From NCBI GenBank assembly GCA_964016885.1, contig OZ024761.1, positions 8,866,001 through 8,930,000 of the forward strand: a DNA stretch of 64,000 bases. Direction: 5' to 3'. How positions within the stretch are numbered: the first letter of the stretch is position 1; every line of letters starts with the position of its first letter. The notes beneath the pieces are model-generated. The model worked only from the letters and a program-made list of their open reading frames with translations. It made no database searches and was not told where the DNA came from. Positions 38,450 through 49,930 of this stretch are shown piece after piece. The translations under genes and the position numbers were made by a program. The stretch is from Eledone cirrhosa. Its lineage: Eukaryota.

Positions 38450-41040
38450 TATCAAATCCCGCCGAGGTTAACTTTGCCTTTCATCCTTACGGGGGTCGAT
38501 AAAATAAAGTACCAGTAATACACTGGGGTAATTGCTGGCCTTGTGCCTAAAGTAGAAACAATTATGATATATCGATGCAGTAGATTCGAGGTGGTGGATT
38601 GGCAGTACCGGTAGAGTGTCAGACGCCATACTTTGCAGCATAGAGTTACGGCCCTTTACGGTCTGAGTTCAAATCCCGCTGAGGTTAACTTTGCCTTTCA
38701 TCCTTACAGGGTCGATAAAATAAAGTACCAGTCACGCACTGGGGGTCAATTTCATCAACTTTTCCCCTCCCCCAGAATTGCTGGCCTTGTGCCTATATCA
38801 GAAACCATTATTATATGATATATCGGGCAGTGAATTGGCAGTATTGGTAGCGGGTCGGAGGCCATGCTTTGCAGCATAGAGTTACGGCCCTTTACAGTCT
38901 GAGTTCAAATCCCGCCGAGGTTAACTTTGCCTTTCATCCTTACAGGGTCGATAAAATAAAGTACCAGTAATGCACTGGAGTTCATTTAATTGACTTTGTC
39001 CTCCCCTTAAAAAATTTGCTGGCCTTATGTCTACATAAGAAACAATTATTATATATTAGAGTATGTATCATTATTATATTGGATTGGCAGTATTGGTAGA
39101 GGTTCGGCCACCATGCTTTGCAGCATAGCGTTACGGCCCTTTACAGTTTGCGTTCAAATCCTGCCAAGGTTAACTTTGCCTTTCATCCTTACAGGTTCGA
39201 TGAAATAAAGCACCAGTAACGTACTGGTGTCGATTTAATCGACTTTCCCCTCTCCCAAAATTACTGGCCTTGTGCCTATACTAGAAATCATTATTATATA
39301 TCAACCCCAAATAAAGTACCAGTAATACACTGGGATAATTGCTGGCCTTGTGCCAAAAAGTAGAAATAATTATTATATATCAACCCCGTAAGGATGGAAG
39401 ACAAAGTTAACCTCAAATCCCACCGAGGTTCTTAACGTTTCGGACGCTAGTCCTTCATCAGAAGAAAGAATGAGAAATAAAATAGATTAAGGGGACGGGC
39501 GGGATGGATATCGGTAGAGGGTCGGACGCCATGCTTTGACGCATAGAGTTACGGCCCTTGCCATTCTGAGTTCAAATCCCGCCGAGGTTAACTTTGCCTT
39601 TCATCCTTACGGGGTCGATAAAATAAAGTACCAGTAATACACTGGGTATTTGCTGGACTTGTGCTCAAAGTAGAAACAATTATTTTTATCATTACTGGTA
39701 GAGCGTCAGACACCGTGCTTTGCAGCAAAGAGTTACGGCCCTTTATGTTCTGAGTTTACATCCCACCGAGGTTAGCTTTGCCTTTCATCCTTACGGGGTC
39801 GATAAAATACAGTACCAGTAATGTACTGGGGTCGATTTAATCAACTTTTCCCTCTCCCAAATTTCCTGAAGTAGAAATCAGTATTTATTTGTTTATTTTT
39901 ATATTTTTTTCATTGTTAAACTGGTTTTGTTATCTCGACCTTATTGTAAACCCCCACTGACCCTGTCTTTGTATTGACCCCTACATGTCGGCCCCTGTGG
40001 CCAATAAATGAAATCATTATTGGCAGTATCGGTAGAGGGTCGGACGCCATGCTTTGACGCATAGAGTTACGGCCCTTGCTATTCTGAGTTCAAATCCTGC
40101 CGAGGTTAACTTTGCCTTTCATCCTTACGGGGTCGATAAAATAAAGTACCAGTAATACACTGGGTAATTGCTGGCCTTGTGCCAAACGTAGAAACAATTA
40201 TTATTGTGGATTGGCAGTATCGGTAGAGGGTCGGACGCCATGCTTTCCAGCATAGAGTTACGTCCCTTTACAGTCTGAGTTCAAATCCCGCCGAGGTTGA
40301 CTTTGCCTTTCATTCTTACGAGGGTCGATAAAATAAAGTACCAGTAATGCACTGGGGGTAATTGCTGGCCTTGTGCCAAAAGTAGAAACATTATTATATA
40401 TTATAAGGCGGTGGATTGGCATTAATCGGTAGAGGATCGGGCATCGTGCCTCTGAGGCATAGAGTCATGGCCAGCAATTTTGGGGAGAGTGGAAAGCCGA
40501 TTAAATCGATCCCAGTACGTTACTGGTACTTTATTTTGTGAACCCTGTAAGGATGAAAGGCAAAGCGAACCTCGGCGGCATTTGAACTCAGAATGTAAAG
40601 AGACGCAACTCTATGCTGCAAACTATGGCACTCGACGCTCTACCAACACTGCTAATCCACCACCCTTAACTAATAATAATAATATTGGTTTCTACTTTAG
40701 GCACAAGGCCAGCAAATCACCCAGTGTATTACTGGTACTTTATTTTATCGACCCCGTAAGGATGAAAGGCAAAGTTAACCTCGGCGGGATTTGAACTCAG
40801 AATGGCAAATAATAATAATATTGGCAAATAATTCAGGTCAACAACCTTGGTAGAGGGAAAAGTGGATTAAATCAACCCCCAGTGCATTGCTGGTACTTTA
40901 TTTTATCGACCCCGTAAAGATAAAAGGCAAAGTAATCTCATCTCAGCAGCATTCAATTTCAGAATGTAAAAGGATGAAACTAGATGCCACAAAACATGTT
41001 GTCTGATACTCTACCGATTCTGCCAATTCACTGCCCTTAA
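38450..41040. mobile_element. Dense cluster of Meta/MESC-like SINEs (also 5650-6390, 8920-9545, 30250-31070, 31840-33680, 34135-34540)
   Basis: Repeated GAGTTCAAATCC...CTTTGCCTTTCATCCTTACGGGGTCGATAAAATAAAGTACCAG. Confidence 0.8.
39430..39465 (-). ncRNA. Minimal hammerhead motif in a pLTR fragment
   Basis: tctt CTGATGA a ggac-tagc-gtcc GAAA cg TT aaga; flank homologous to ~45825-45900. Confidence 0.75.
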
Positions 41041-41858
41041 TGTGGTTATAAGAAGAATTGCTATAATTATCATTTCACTATTTCCTTTATCAGAATACCG
41101 GATATTATGACTCTTGCTAGTAATTTACTATAAATATTCTTGGTATCCAATATATTCCATGGTAATTTCAGCTGGCACCTCTCCCAATATCTACAGATTC
41201 TCTTCTAAATTATGGTTATTTTTATTCCAACAACCAGTTGCTGAGAATCACATTCTTTTGCCCACCTTAACCCTTTCCTGACTATATTTTTAATGAAATG
41301 CACTCTATTTCAATTAGTTAATAAAGAATTTTGAGGGATTTACTAAAATTATTTTAAAATTATTTTATCAATTTTTCTTATTTTATATCATCATCATTTT
41401 ACGTCCGCTTTTCCCTGCTTGCAAGAGTAGGACAGGAATTAATTCTAGCTTGATTTCTACAGCTGGATGCCCTTTCTAACACCAACTTCCTTTACAGTGA
41501 GTGCTGGGTGCTTTTTTTTTGCCGTGGCGCCTACACGTCCACTTTACAGTGTGGGCTGCGTGCTTTTTTGCCGTTGCACCTCCACGACCACTTTGCAGTG
41601 GAATGATAGGGACCTCAGTCCCTATCATCTCATTTCTACAGCTGAGTAAACTGGAGCAATGTGATATAAAGTGTCTTGCTCACGGAAACGACACATCACC
41701 CGGTTTCAGAATTGAACTCACAACCTTTTGATTGCAAGGCCAATGCTCTAACTACTAAGCCATGTGCCTCCATTTATATATTTTTGTCAATTTTTTTCTC
41801 CCTGCCATTTTAGACATTGCTATTTGAACTGATCAGATTTATTTTTTCAACTGCTTAG

Positions 41859-42024
41859 GAAAATAATGTTGATGCTATACATCCTGGTTATGGCTTCCTC
41901 TCAGAACGTTCAGACTTTGCTCAAGCTTGTATAGATGCTGGTATAAACTTTATTGGACCAAGTCCACATGTTGTACAGCAGATGGGTGATAAAATCGAAG
42001 CCAGACAAGCTGCCATTAATGCAG
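41859..42024 (+). CDS. PC: Pyruvate carboxylase coding exon 3 (absent from the ORF track)
   Basis: TTAG acceptor; [24 protein letters not shown]...FIGPSP...[14 protein letters not shown]; donor G|GTAGGT; contains the HPGYGFLSE motif. Confidence 0.96.
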
Positions 42025-42138
42025 GTAGGTTCACATTTAAATTCCTCGCTTTTCACACTGTTATTTTTCACACAGGACCTCATATATCATTAAATCAGAG
42101 GTTGACAGACTGTTTGCTGTGACACTTTAACTCTTTAG

Positions 42139-43150
42139 CATTTACATTACTCTATATATACTATTGTATTTTCATAGTAAAGGCTTTACTTCACATAATA
42201 TCTCACATAACATTTACATTACTCTATATATACTATTGTATTGTCACAGTAAAGGCTTTACTTCACATAATATCTCACATAACATTTACATTACTCTATA
42301 TATACTATTGTATTTTCACAGTAAAGGCTTTACCTCACATAATATCTCACATAACATTTACATTACTCTATATATACTATTGAATTTTCACAGTAAAGGC
42401 TTTACCTCACATAATATCTCACATAACATTTACATTACTCTATATATACTATTGTATTTTCACAGTAAAGGCTTTACCTCACATAACATTTACATTACTC
42501 TATGTATATACTATTGTATTTTCACAGTAAAGGCTTTACCTCACATAATATCTCACATAACATTTACATTACTCTATATATACTATTGTATTTTCACAGT
42601 AAAAGCTTTACCTTACATAACATTTACATTACTCTATGTATATACTATTGTATTTTCACAGTAAAGGCTTTATCTCACATAATATCTCACATAATATGAA
42701 ATCTGATGAATTAAAAAATTCTGTTTCCATCTTCTCATGGTATTTTGTTGATTTTGATTGTCTTGTTATTTTAGTTGATGTCAGCCTAGATGTATATTTA
42801 ACCCTTTAACATTTACATTACTCTATATTTTCATGGTAAAGGCTTTACCTCACATAACATTTACATTACTCTATATATACTATTATATTTTCACGGTAAA
42901 GGCTTTACCTCACATAACATTTACATTACTCTATATATACTATTATATTTTCACAGTAAAGGCTTTACCTCACATAACATTTACATTAATCTATATATAC
43001 TATTATATTTTCACGGTAAAGCCTTTACCTCACATAATATTTACATTATTTTATATATACTATTATATTTTCACAGTAAAGGCTTTACCTCACATAACAT
43101 TTACATTATTTTATATATACTATTATATTTTCACGGTAAAGGCTTTACTG
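42139..43150. repeat. 60-71-bp tandem repeats of MITE internal sequence in PC intron 3
   Basis: Repeated CATTTACATTACTCTATATATACTATT...GTAAAGGCTTTACCTCACATAA. Confidence 0.85.
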
Positions 43151-43390
43151 CACAAAATACCGAATCTATGAGATCTTGATGTTATTTATTTTGAGAACAA
43201 TACCTTAAAATTGGTATGAGGGGCAAGTTATAGCCAGTTTGAACAGAAAAAGGTGAGAGAATTCTAGCTGGATAAGGCCGGTTTAAATGCTAAAGGGTTA
43301 ATGTATCAATGAAAATTTAGGTGTGTATTAATATGGGATAAACCTACACTATTAGGCAGGTTGAATAATTCACCTTTAATTTATTACCAG

Positions 43391-43536
43391 GTGTCACTGT
43401 GGTTCCTGGTACAGACACACCTGTCAAAGATGCTGGAGAAGCAGCAGCCTTTTGTCAGAAGTTTGGCTTACCTGTGATTTTCAAAGCTGCTTTTGGAGGC
43501 GGTGGACGTGGAATGAGAGTTGTAAGAAAACTTGAG
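43391..43536 (+). CDS. PC: Pyruvate carboxylase coding exon 4
   Basis: CCAG acceptor; GVTVVPGT...[24 protein letters not shown] (ATP-grasp glycine loop); donor GAG|GTAAGT. Confidence 0.96.
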
Positions 43537-44000
43537 GTAAGTTTAAATATTCAAACCCCTTATCTTCTTAATGTCTTTATGAGCTTTGAACTTTCAACCC
43601 TTTAGTTACCAACCTTGCCAAAACCAACTCTGGTTCTATGAAATAAAACCAACCATATTAAAGGTTTCCAATTTAAATTGAAATCTTCCAACATAATTTT
43701 ATATAAGAACTTTACATTAAGTTATTATCTTAGTAATGAAATAATTAATAATTATAGTAAATCTCTCAAAATTTATTTAATTAATTAATTAAAATAGAGT
43801 GTATTTCATTAGAAATGCAGTCATGAAAGGTTTAAGCCAGTATATTTTCAGTATCTGAAATTCACTGACATTCAGAAGTTGGTTAGACATGTACAGCCAT
43901 ATCTCATCATCATCATTTTAATGTCCATTTATCCACATTAGCTTGGGAGAACTTTCTCACATTCATCTGTGGTGATTATATATATATATATATATATATA

Positions 44001-44444
44001 CGATATTAACAAATGGAAACTATATTTATAAAACCATATCTATTCTATTATACATATTTCAAGGATACCATGTTAAATTATGGTATGCTTTAATCAGACA
44101 AAATACAATATATACCAGTTTTATAAATAAATATTGACATACCCTTACAAAATGCAACCATTACTTTTGGAAGACTCCGGGGGTCTTCCAAAAGTAATGG
44201 TTGCATTTTGTAAGGGTATGTCAATATTTTTTTATAAAACTGGTATATATTGTATTTTGTCTGATGAAAGCATACCATAATTTAACATGGTATCCTTGAA
44301 ATATGTATAATAGAATAGATATGGTTTTATAAATATAGTTTCCATTTGTTAATATCGTATATTTACTCCAAATACTTGTTGAGTGCTTTATATCAGTTAT
44401 AAAAATATTTGCTTGTTGTATCCCAACAATTTAAATTGAACTTT

Positions 44445-44447
<3 letters not shown>
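44001..44447. mobile_element. Fold-back hammerhead element, family X (most complete copy)
   Basis: Near-perfect ~175-bp arms 44001-44357 plus ~90-nt tail; (TA)n on both sides. Confidence 0.75.
44253..44317 (+). ncRNA. Hammerhead motif (family X) in PC intron 4
   Basis: tattttgt CTGATGA aagcatacca...tggtatcctt GAAA tatgta TA atagaata. Confidence 0.75.
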
Positions 44448-44482
<35 letters not shown>

Positions 44483-44555
44483 TTTGTTTTGCGAGGTTTT
44501 TGATATGAAATCGTGTGTCGAAACAAATATTGTTATACTTGGGGGGGGGGGGGGG

Positions 44556-44812
44556 GGGGGGGTCATATTGTTGTAATAATATTGCCAGAAATAATAACAG
44601 AACACACTCACTGTTTGGCTGGTTTTCGCTTCTGTATCTTTTATATCTCCACAGTTAATTCATTTTTGACCGTTGGTCAGTCAATGATAAACATTGAGGA
44701 CCAAATGAATTAACTGTGGAGATATAAAAGATACAGAAGCGGAAACCAACCAAACAGTGAGTGTGTTCTGTTATTATTTCTGGCAATATTATTACAACAA
44801 TATGACCCTCCC
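44556..44812. repeat. Second fold-back, ~105-bp arms
   Basis: GGTCATATTGTTG...AATTCATTT is mirrored by AAATGAATT...CAACAATATGACC. Confidence 0.75.
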
Positions 44813-45320
44813 CATATATATATATATATATATATGGGCCATAACTAATGGAGGCACATGGCTTAGTGGTTAGAGCATTGGCCTTGCAAACAAAAGGTTG
44901 TGAGTTCAATTCTCAGACCGGGTGATGTATTGTTTCCTTGAGCAAGACACTTTATTTCACATTGCTCCAGTTTACTCAGCTGTAGAAATGAGATGATAGT
45001 GACTGGGGTCCCTATCATTCCACTGCAAAGTGGTCATGGGTGTGCCAAGGCAAAAAAGCACCCAGCCCACACTGTAAATGAGGTTGGTGTTAGGAAGGGC
45101 ATCCAGCTTTAGAAATCAAGCCAGAATCAGTTCCCGTCTCAAAGATCTCTTGACTAGACAGTTCCTGTCTCAAAGATCTCTTGACTAGAGCTTACCCAGG
45201 GCTAAACAGTATCCTTCTTCTGAGACTTTGGTGTATGATGGGTTTACATATTTCTCTATTCCCTACCCTTGTTGGAGGTGAATATGTATTCATGCATTAT
45301 TTACATTTTTACCTTTGTAG

Positions 45321-45438
45321 GATGTCAAAGAAAGTTTTGAACGAGCCTCCTCTGAGGCTCTGGCTGCATTTGGCGATGGTTCTTTATTCTTGGAGAAATT
45401 TATTGAGAGACCCCGTCATATTGAAGTTCAAATTCTTG
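45321..45438 (+). CDS. PC: Pyruvate carboxylase coding exon 5
   Basis: TTTGTAG acceptor; [39 protein letters not shown]; donor G|GTTGGT; phase matches exon 6. Confidence 0.94.
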
Positions 45439-45864
45439 GTTGGTAACATCAATTGTTTATATATATATGTGGTACTTTTAGTTAAATCGTGTGAAACCAC
45501 AGCCGGTCTAAAAGCTGATGAGTGTATATAAATGTTTGTGTGTTCTCTCGTCTATTTTCTTCCTTTTCTTCTTTCTTTCTATCACTTCTGCGGGCCAACA
45601 CATTTCTTGCCATTGATTTCTATTCTTTGAGGTAATTTTTATCTGATGCCGTGATTGCTGACATTTTGCAGTTTTAACAGCTTCTTTGCATTGAGTTCTT
45701 CTCCTTATTCTAACAATTCTTATATACTCTTGTTTGAAACTCGATATTCGAGATAACTTTGTTTATATATATATATATATGAATGGACCTGTTATTTTTA
45801 TCTAAAGACATTTTTTCCAATTCCATCCCGCCCGTCCCCTCAATCTATCTTATTTCTCATTCTT

Positions 45865-45900
45865 TCTTCTGATGAAGGACTAGCATCCGAAACGTTAAGA
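45865..45900 (+). ncRNA. Minimal hammerhead motif in PC intron 5
   Basis: tctt CTGATGA a gga-ctagca-tcc GAAA cg TT aaga. Confidence 0.7.
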
Positions 45901-46007
45901 CCCTCTTCCTGCTATATCAAGCGTTCACCTAATATATTCCTTCCATATACTGTACCGATTGTGTTGTTATTTCTGTTTACCTTTTACATACATACATACA
46001 TACATAT

Positions 46008-47530
46008 AGATAAATCTACCAAAATATACGGTAGTGTCCAATCCCTATGAAGAACTCAATGTAATCCAAATATCATGAAAAGAGAAATCATAAGAAAACA
46101 GAGTTAAGATAAATTAATAAAAACAATGAAATAAAAACAAAGAACAAGTTCCTTATATTAAAAAATTCATCATTTTACGATCGTTTCTAGGATGTATATG
46201 TGTGTTGGTATGTATATCATACAGATCTATGTAAAAATATTATAAATTGTCAGAGGAAATATACATATCTTCACATATACATGCTGTCTTCAGAAATGAT
46301 GAGATTTTTTTTATTGAAAAAAACCAACAAAGATTTAATATAAAAGGTCTGTTTGGGAACAGGTTTTGAATTGACCAATAGAAAAGTAGTTAGAGGTCAA
46401 GTTGATAGAATAGTGGTAGTAGAAATTTAATTTAGGGGTAGAAGAGTGCAGACTTATGTTTTGAATGAAAAGAATACTTTGAATGAAAAGAATACTTTGG
46501 GGATGAAAAGAGGTCAAGCCAGTGAAGGCTACATGAAAATTTGATATTAAAGAATAATGTTAAAAACGGAGGAAAATAAAATTTTAGGGTAAGGGTATTA
46601 GTGAGAAATACCAATCTTATTTAAACCACAAGGAATCTAGATCTATAACAAGAAATTAAATTAATTGATAGGTATACTTTTAGGTATTAATTTTAGGAAA
46701 AGAGAGCTGTAAAAGGGAAATAAAATTATGAAGTTCTCTGTAGTAAAGTTCTAATTATAGGTTAACTAAGTTAAAAAACTAATTATAATAATATGTAAAA
46801 TATAAGTGTAAGGTGTATATTAATTAGGTTTATAATATTTGAAGGTTCTTCTAATTCTATGATTGCAAGATATAATTAATTCCTGTTGCTTATTTAATAA
46901 GATATCCTTAGATTTCATGATTTCAAAAAGTTCCTGGGAGCATAACCTACACTTGTATCTGTTATTTTGATAAGGGGTGGCCCTTTTGAGCACACTCCAG
47001 GTCAGGTTGTAATCGATATTCTTCTTTCTATAATTATTAATTGTTTCAGCCAAGGATGTATTAGCTAATGCGGCATTTTTAAAACTATGTTTGTGGGTAT
47101 TAAATCTTACTTTAAATTGGTTAGACGTAGCTCCTATATATGAATAAGTGGAGTCCTTAGTGCTAATTTTACATTTACAGACTATGTTATTAATAAGACA
47201 ATTTCCCTTTAATGGGCAATTTCTTTTGATTCTACAGTTACAACCATTCGTGAATATTATATCAGGGGAGTTAGTCAAATTTGGTGTGGAATTTACTCGA
47301 CTTGTTTTAGGTGAAGGAGATGGTGGTTTGTTGTGTTTTTTTTACATTTATATGCATTGTACGCACTTATATTTTGTTGTATATTTTTGGTAGTAGAGTA
47401 GGAAAATTTGACAGTTGATCTATTTAAAATTTGATGGTATTTATGGTTTGGCGGGAAGTTTTTCTCTAGGATAGTAAAAAAAATTTTTAGGGATATTATC
47501 TTTAATTTGTAGATTAAACGGAGCATTATA
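46008..47530 (-). mobile_element. Degenerate Penelope-like element (Cys-rich GIY-YIG, tentatively Nematis-like) with pLTR
   Basis: HKYHQILNRSTVKFSYS..., then frameshifted GCNCRIKRNCPLKGNCL...YIGATSNQFKVRFNTHKHSF...W...KCRLC...LLNK; downstream hammerhead 46167-46302. Confidence 0.8.
46167..46302 (-). ncRNA. Hammerhead with extended stem II in a Penelope-like pLTR
   Basis: tcatcattt CTGAAGA [~100 nt] GAAA cgatcg TA aaatgatga; perfect 9-bp stem I and palindromic stem III. Confidence 0.7.
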
Positions 47531-47879
47531 CCAAGTAACTCGTCTATTACGGTTTCGATGTTGTTTATTATTTTTTAAGTTTGGTGGTTCACCACTAGAT
47601 AGAACTGGTCATTCTGTATAGTCAACCATGATGTAATATTAGGAAAAGCACTCAACATTATTTAACTTATCATCTTTAATATTGAATCTCTATATAGAAT
47701 TAACTGTATACATAGCTGTATACAAATATGTATTTGAATTTCGTATTTCTAAAGAAATACGGTATGTTTATAAATGAACATTTAGAAACCCATTAAATGT
47801 TTATTTATAAACATACCGTATATATATATATATATATATATAAATTATAAGAATCAAAGAACTGTTCAAAACATTTTTA

Positions 47880-47926
47880 TGCTTACAATTGTTTCCTCCA
47901 AACCGAGGTTTGGATTCTTCGGAGCA
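47880..47926 (-). ncRNA. Variant hammerhead (CCGAAGA core)
   Basis: tgct CCGAAGA a tccaaacc-tc-ggtttgga g GAAA caattg TA agca. Confidence 0.5.
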
Positions 47927-48598
47927 ATTTATTATTGAATGAGCACTTATATGACCTCCTTTTCAACCCAAGAGACATACAGATACACATGCAAATATTG
48001 TGGGTCAACATCCATTACAGCATTTAGTGTGGCAGTACACATTTAGAGATTACATTCATATTAAAAGATAAAATCAAAAATACAGGTTAAAATACAACAT
48101 GAAATTAATGCGACAGGATAGTCATAAGCGGTTATTGAGTGCAATAAATCATCTGATGTTATTACATTGAGCTATTTAACTTACTGGTAATAAGGTAGCA
48201 ATATATTACTGCCTATCACTATTTAGGGTTTGTAAAAATATATATAACTACAAAAGGTTTTTGTATTTGCATAACCATAAATAGTATACTTAATACTATA
48301 TATATATAGTAATAATAATAAAATTGAAGACTAAAATCCAAAGAGGGCTCGATAAGGAAAATATATATCAAATATATAAGAACCGTAGAGCAAATATTTA
48401 TTAAAATAACAGATTAAAGTTTAAGCAAAGAATCGCTGCTTTCACCCTTAACGGGAGTTTCAGAAGATCCCGTTAAGGGTGAAAGCAGCGATTCTTTGCT
48501 TAAACTTTAATCTGTTATTTTAATAAATTAATACTATATATATATATATATTTATGTATAATACATATGCTAATATTGACTTTTCTGACATTTTCCAG

Positions 48599-48869
48599 GT
48601 GATAAATATGGCAATGTTGTTCATCTTTATGAGCGTGACTGCTCAGTACAACGGCGACATCAGAAAGTTGTAGAAATTGCACCTGCACCTCAGCTGGATG
48701 AAGGACTGCGGCAAGCAATGGCCAAAAGCGCCCTTCAGCTGGCTCACCATGTTGGCTACCAAAATGCTGGTACTGTCGAGTTTCTTTTGGACAACGATGG
48801 ACGTTTCTACTTCATCGAGGTCAACGCTCGTCTCCAAGTCGAACACACTGTTACTGAAGAGGTCACAGG
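48599..48869 (+). CDS. PC: Pyruvate carboxylase coding exon 6
   Basis: TTTTCCAG acceptor; [30 protein letters not shown]...[11 protein letters not shown]...[21 protein letters not shown]; donor GG|GTCAGT. Confidence 0.96.
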
Positions 48870-49212
48870 GTCAGTTAAGTTTGGCTTTTAATTTTGTTTT
48901 TGCTTTTACTGAGGGTCTTTTGGTGGGGGAGAGGAGAGTTGAGTTTTTGTTGGGGACGTGAGTTTTTCTAAACTCAACAGATGCTCGGAGTTATGAATGG
49001 GGAAGTTTTGAAGATGGTAAACTACTTTATTATATTTTATTCTGCCAGGATTTGTGACCTGGCTGGGAGATAGTGTCAGCAATGGAGAGATCAATGGAAA
49101 CATTGTTACCTTGGTCCAATTTGACCTGACCAATAGATAGTATCAGCAATGGAGAGATAATGTACCAGTAATTCATTGGAGTCGATTTAATCAACTTTTT
49201 CCTCCCCCAAAT

Positions 49213-49665
49213 AGTAGTAACAGTAGTAGTAGTAGTAACAGCAGCAGTGGTAATAACAGTAGTAGTAGTAGTAGTAGTAGTAACAGCAGCAGTGGTAATA
49301 ACAACAGTAGTAGTAGTAGTAGTAGTAGTAACAGCAGCAGTGGTAATAACAGTAATAGTAATAGTAGTAGTAGTAGTAGTAGTAGTAACAACAGCAGTGG
49401 TAATAACAACAGTAGTAGTAGTAGTTGTAGTAACAGCAGCAGTGGTAATAACAGTAATAGTAATAGTAGTAGTAGTAGTAGTAGTAGTAACAACAGCAGT
49501 GGTAATAACAACAGTAGTAGTAGTAGTAGTAGTAGTAACAGCAGCAGTGGTAATAACAGTAATAGTAATAGTAGTAGTAGTAGTAGTAGTAGTAACAACA
49601 GCAGTGGTAATAACAGTAGTAGTAGTAGCAGTAGTAGTAGTAGTAGTAACAGCAGTGGTAATAAC

Positions 49666-49696
<31 letters not shown>

Positions 49697-49716
49697 ACAA
49701 CAGCAGTGGTAATAAC

Positions 49717-49756
<40 letters not shown>

Positions 49757-49930
49757 ACAACAGCAGTGGTAATAACAGTAGTAGTAGTAGCAGTAGTAGT
49801 AGTAGTAGTAACAGTAGCAGTGGTAATAACAGTAATAGTAGTAGTAGTAGTAGTAGTAGTAGTAACAGTAGCAGTGGTAATAACAGTAATAGTAGTAGTA
49901 GTAGTAGTAGCAGTAACAGTAATAGTAGTA
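49213..49930. repeat. (AGT/AAC/AGC)n triplet tract; other triplet tracts at 10075-10657 (GAT), 12040-12310 (ACC) and 53390-53850 (GTT/GCT)
   Basis: Trinucleotide periodicity. Confidence 0.95.
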
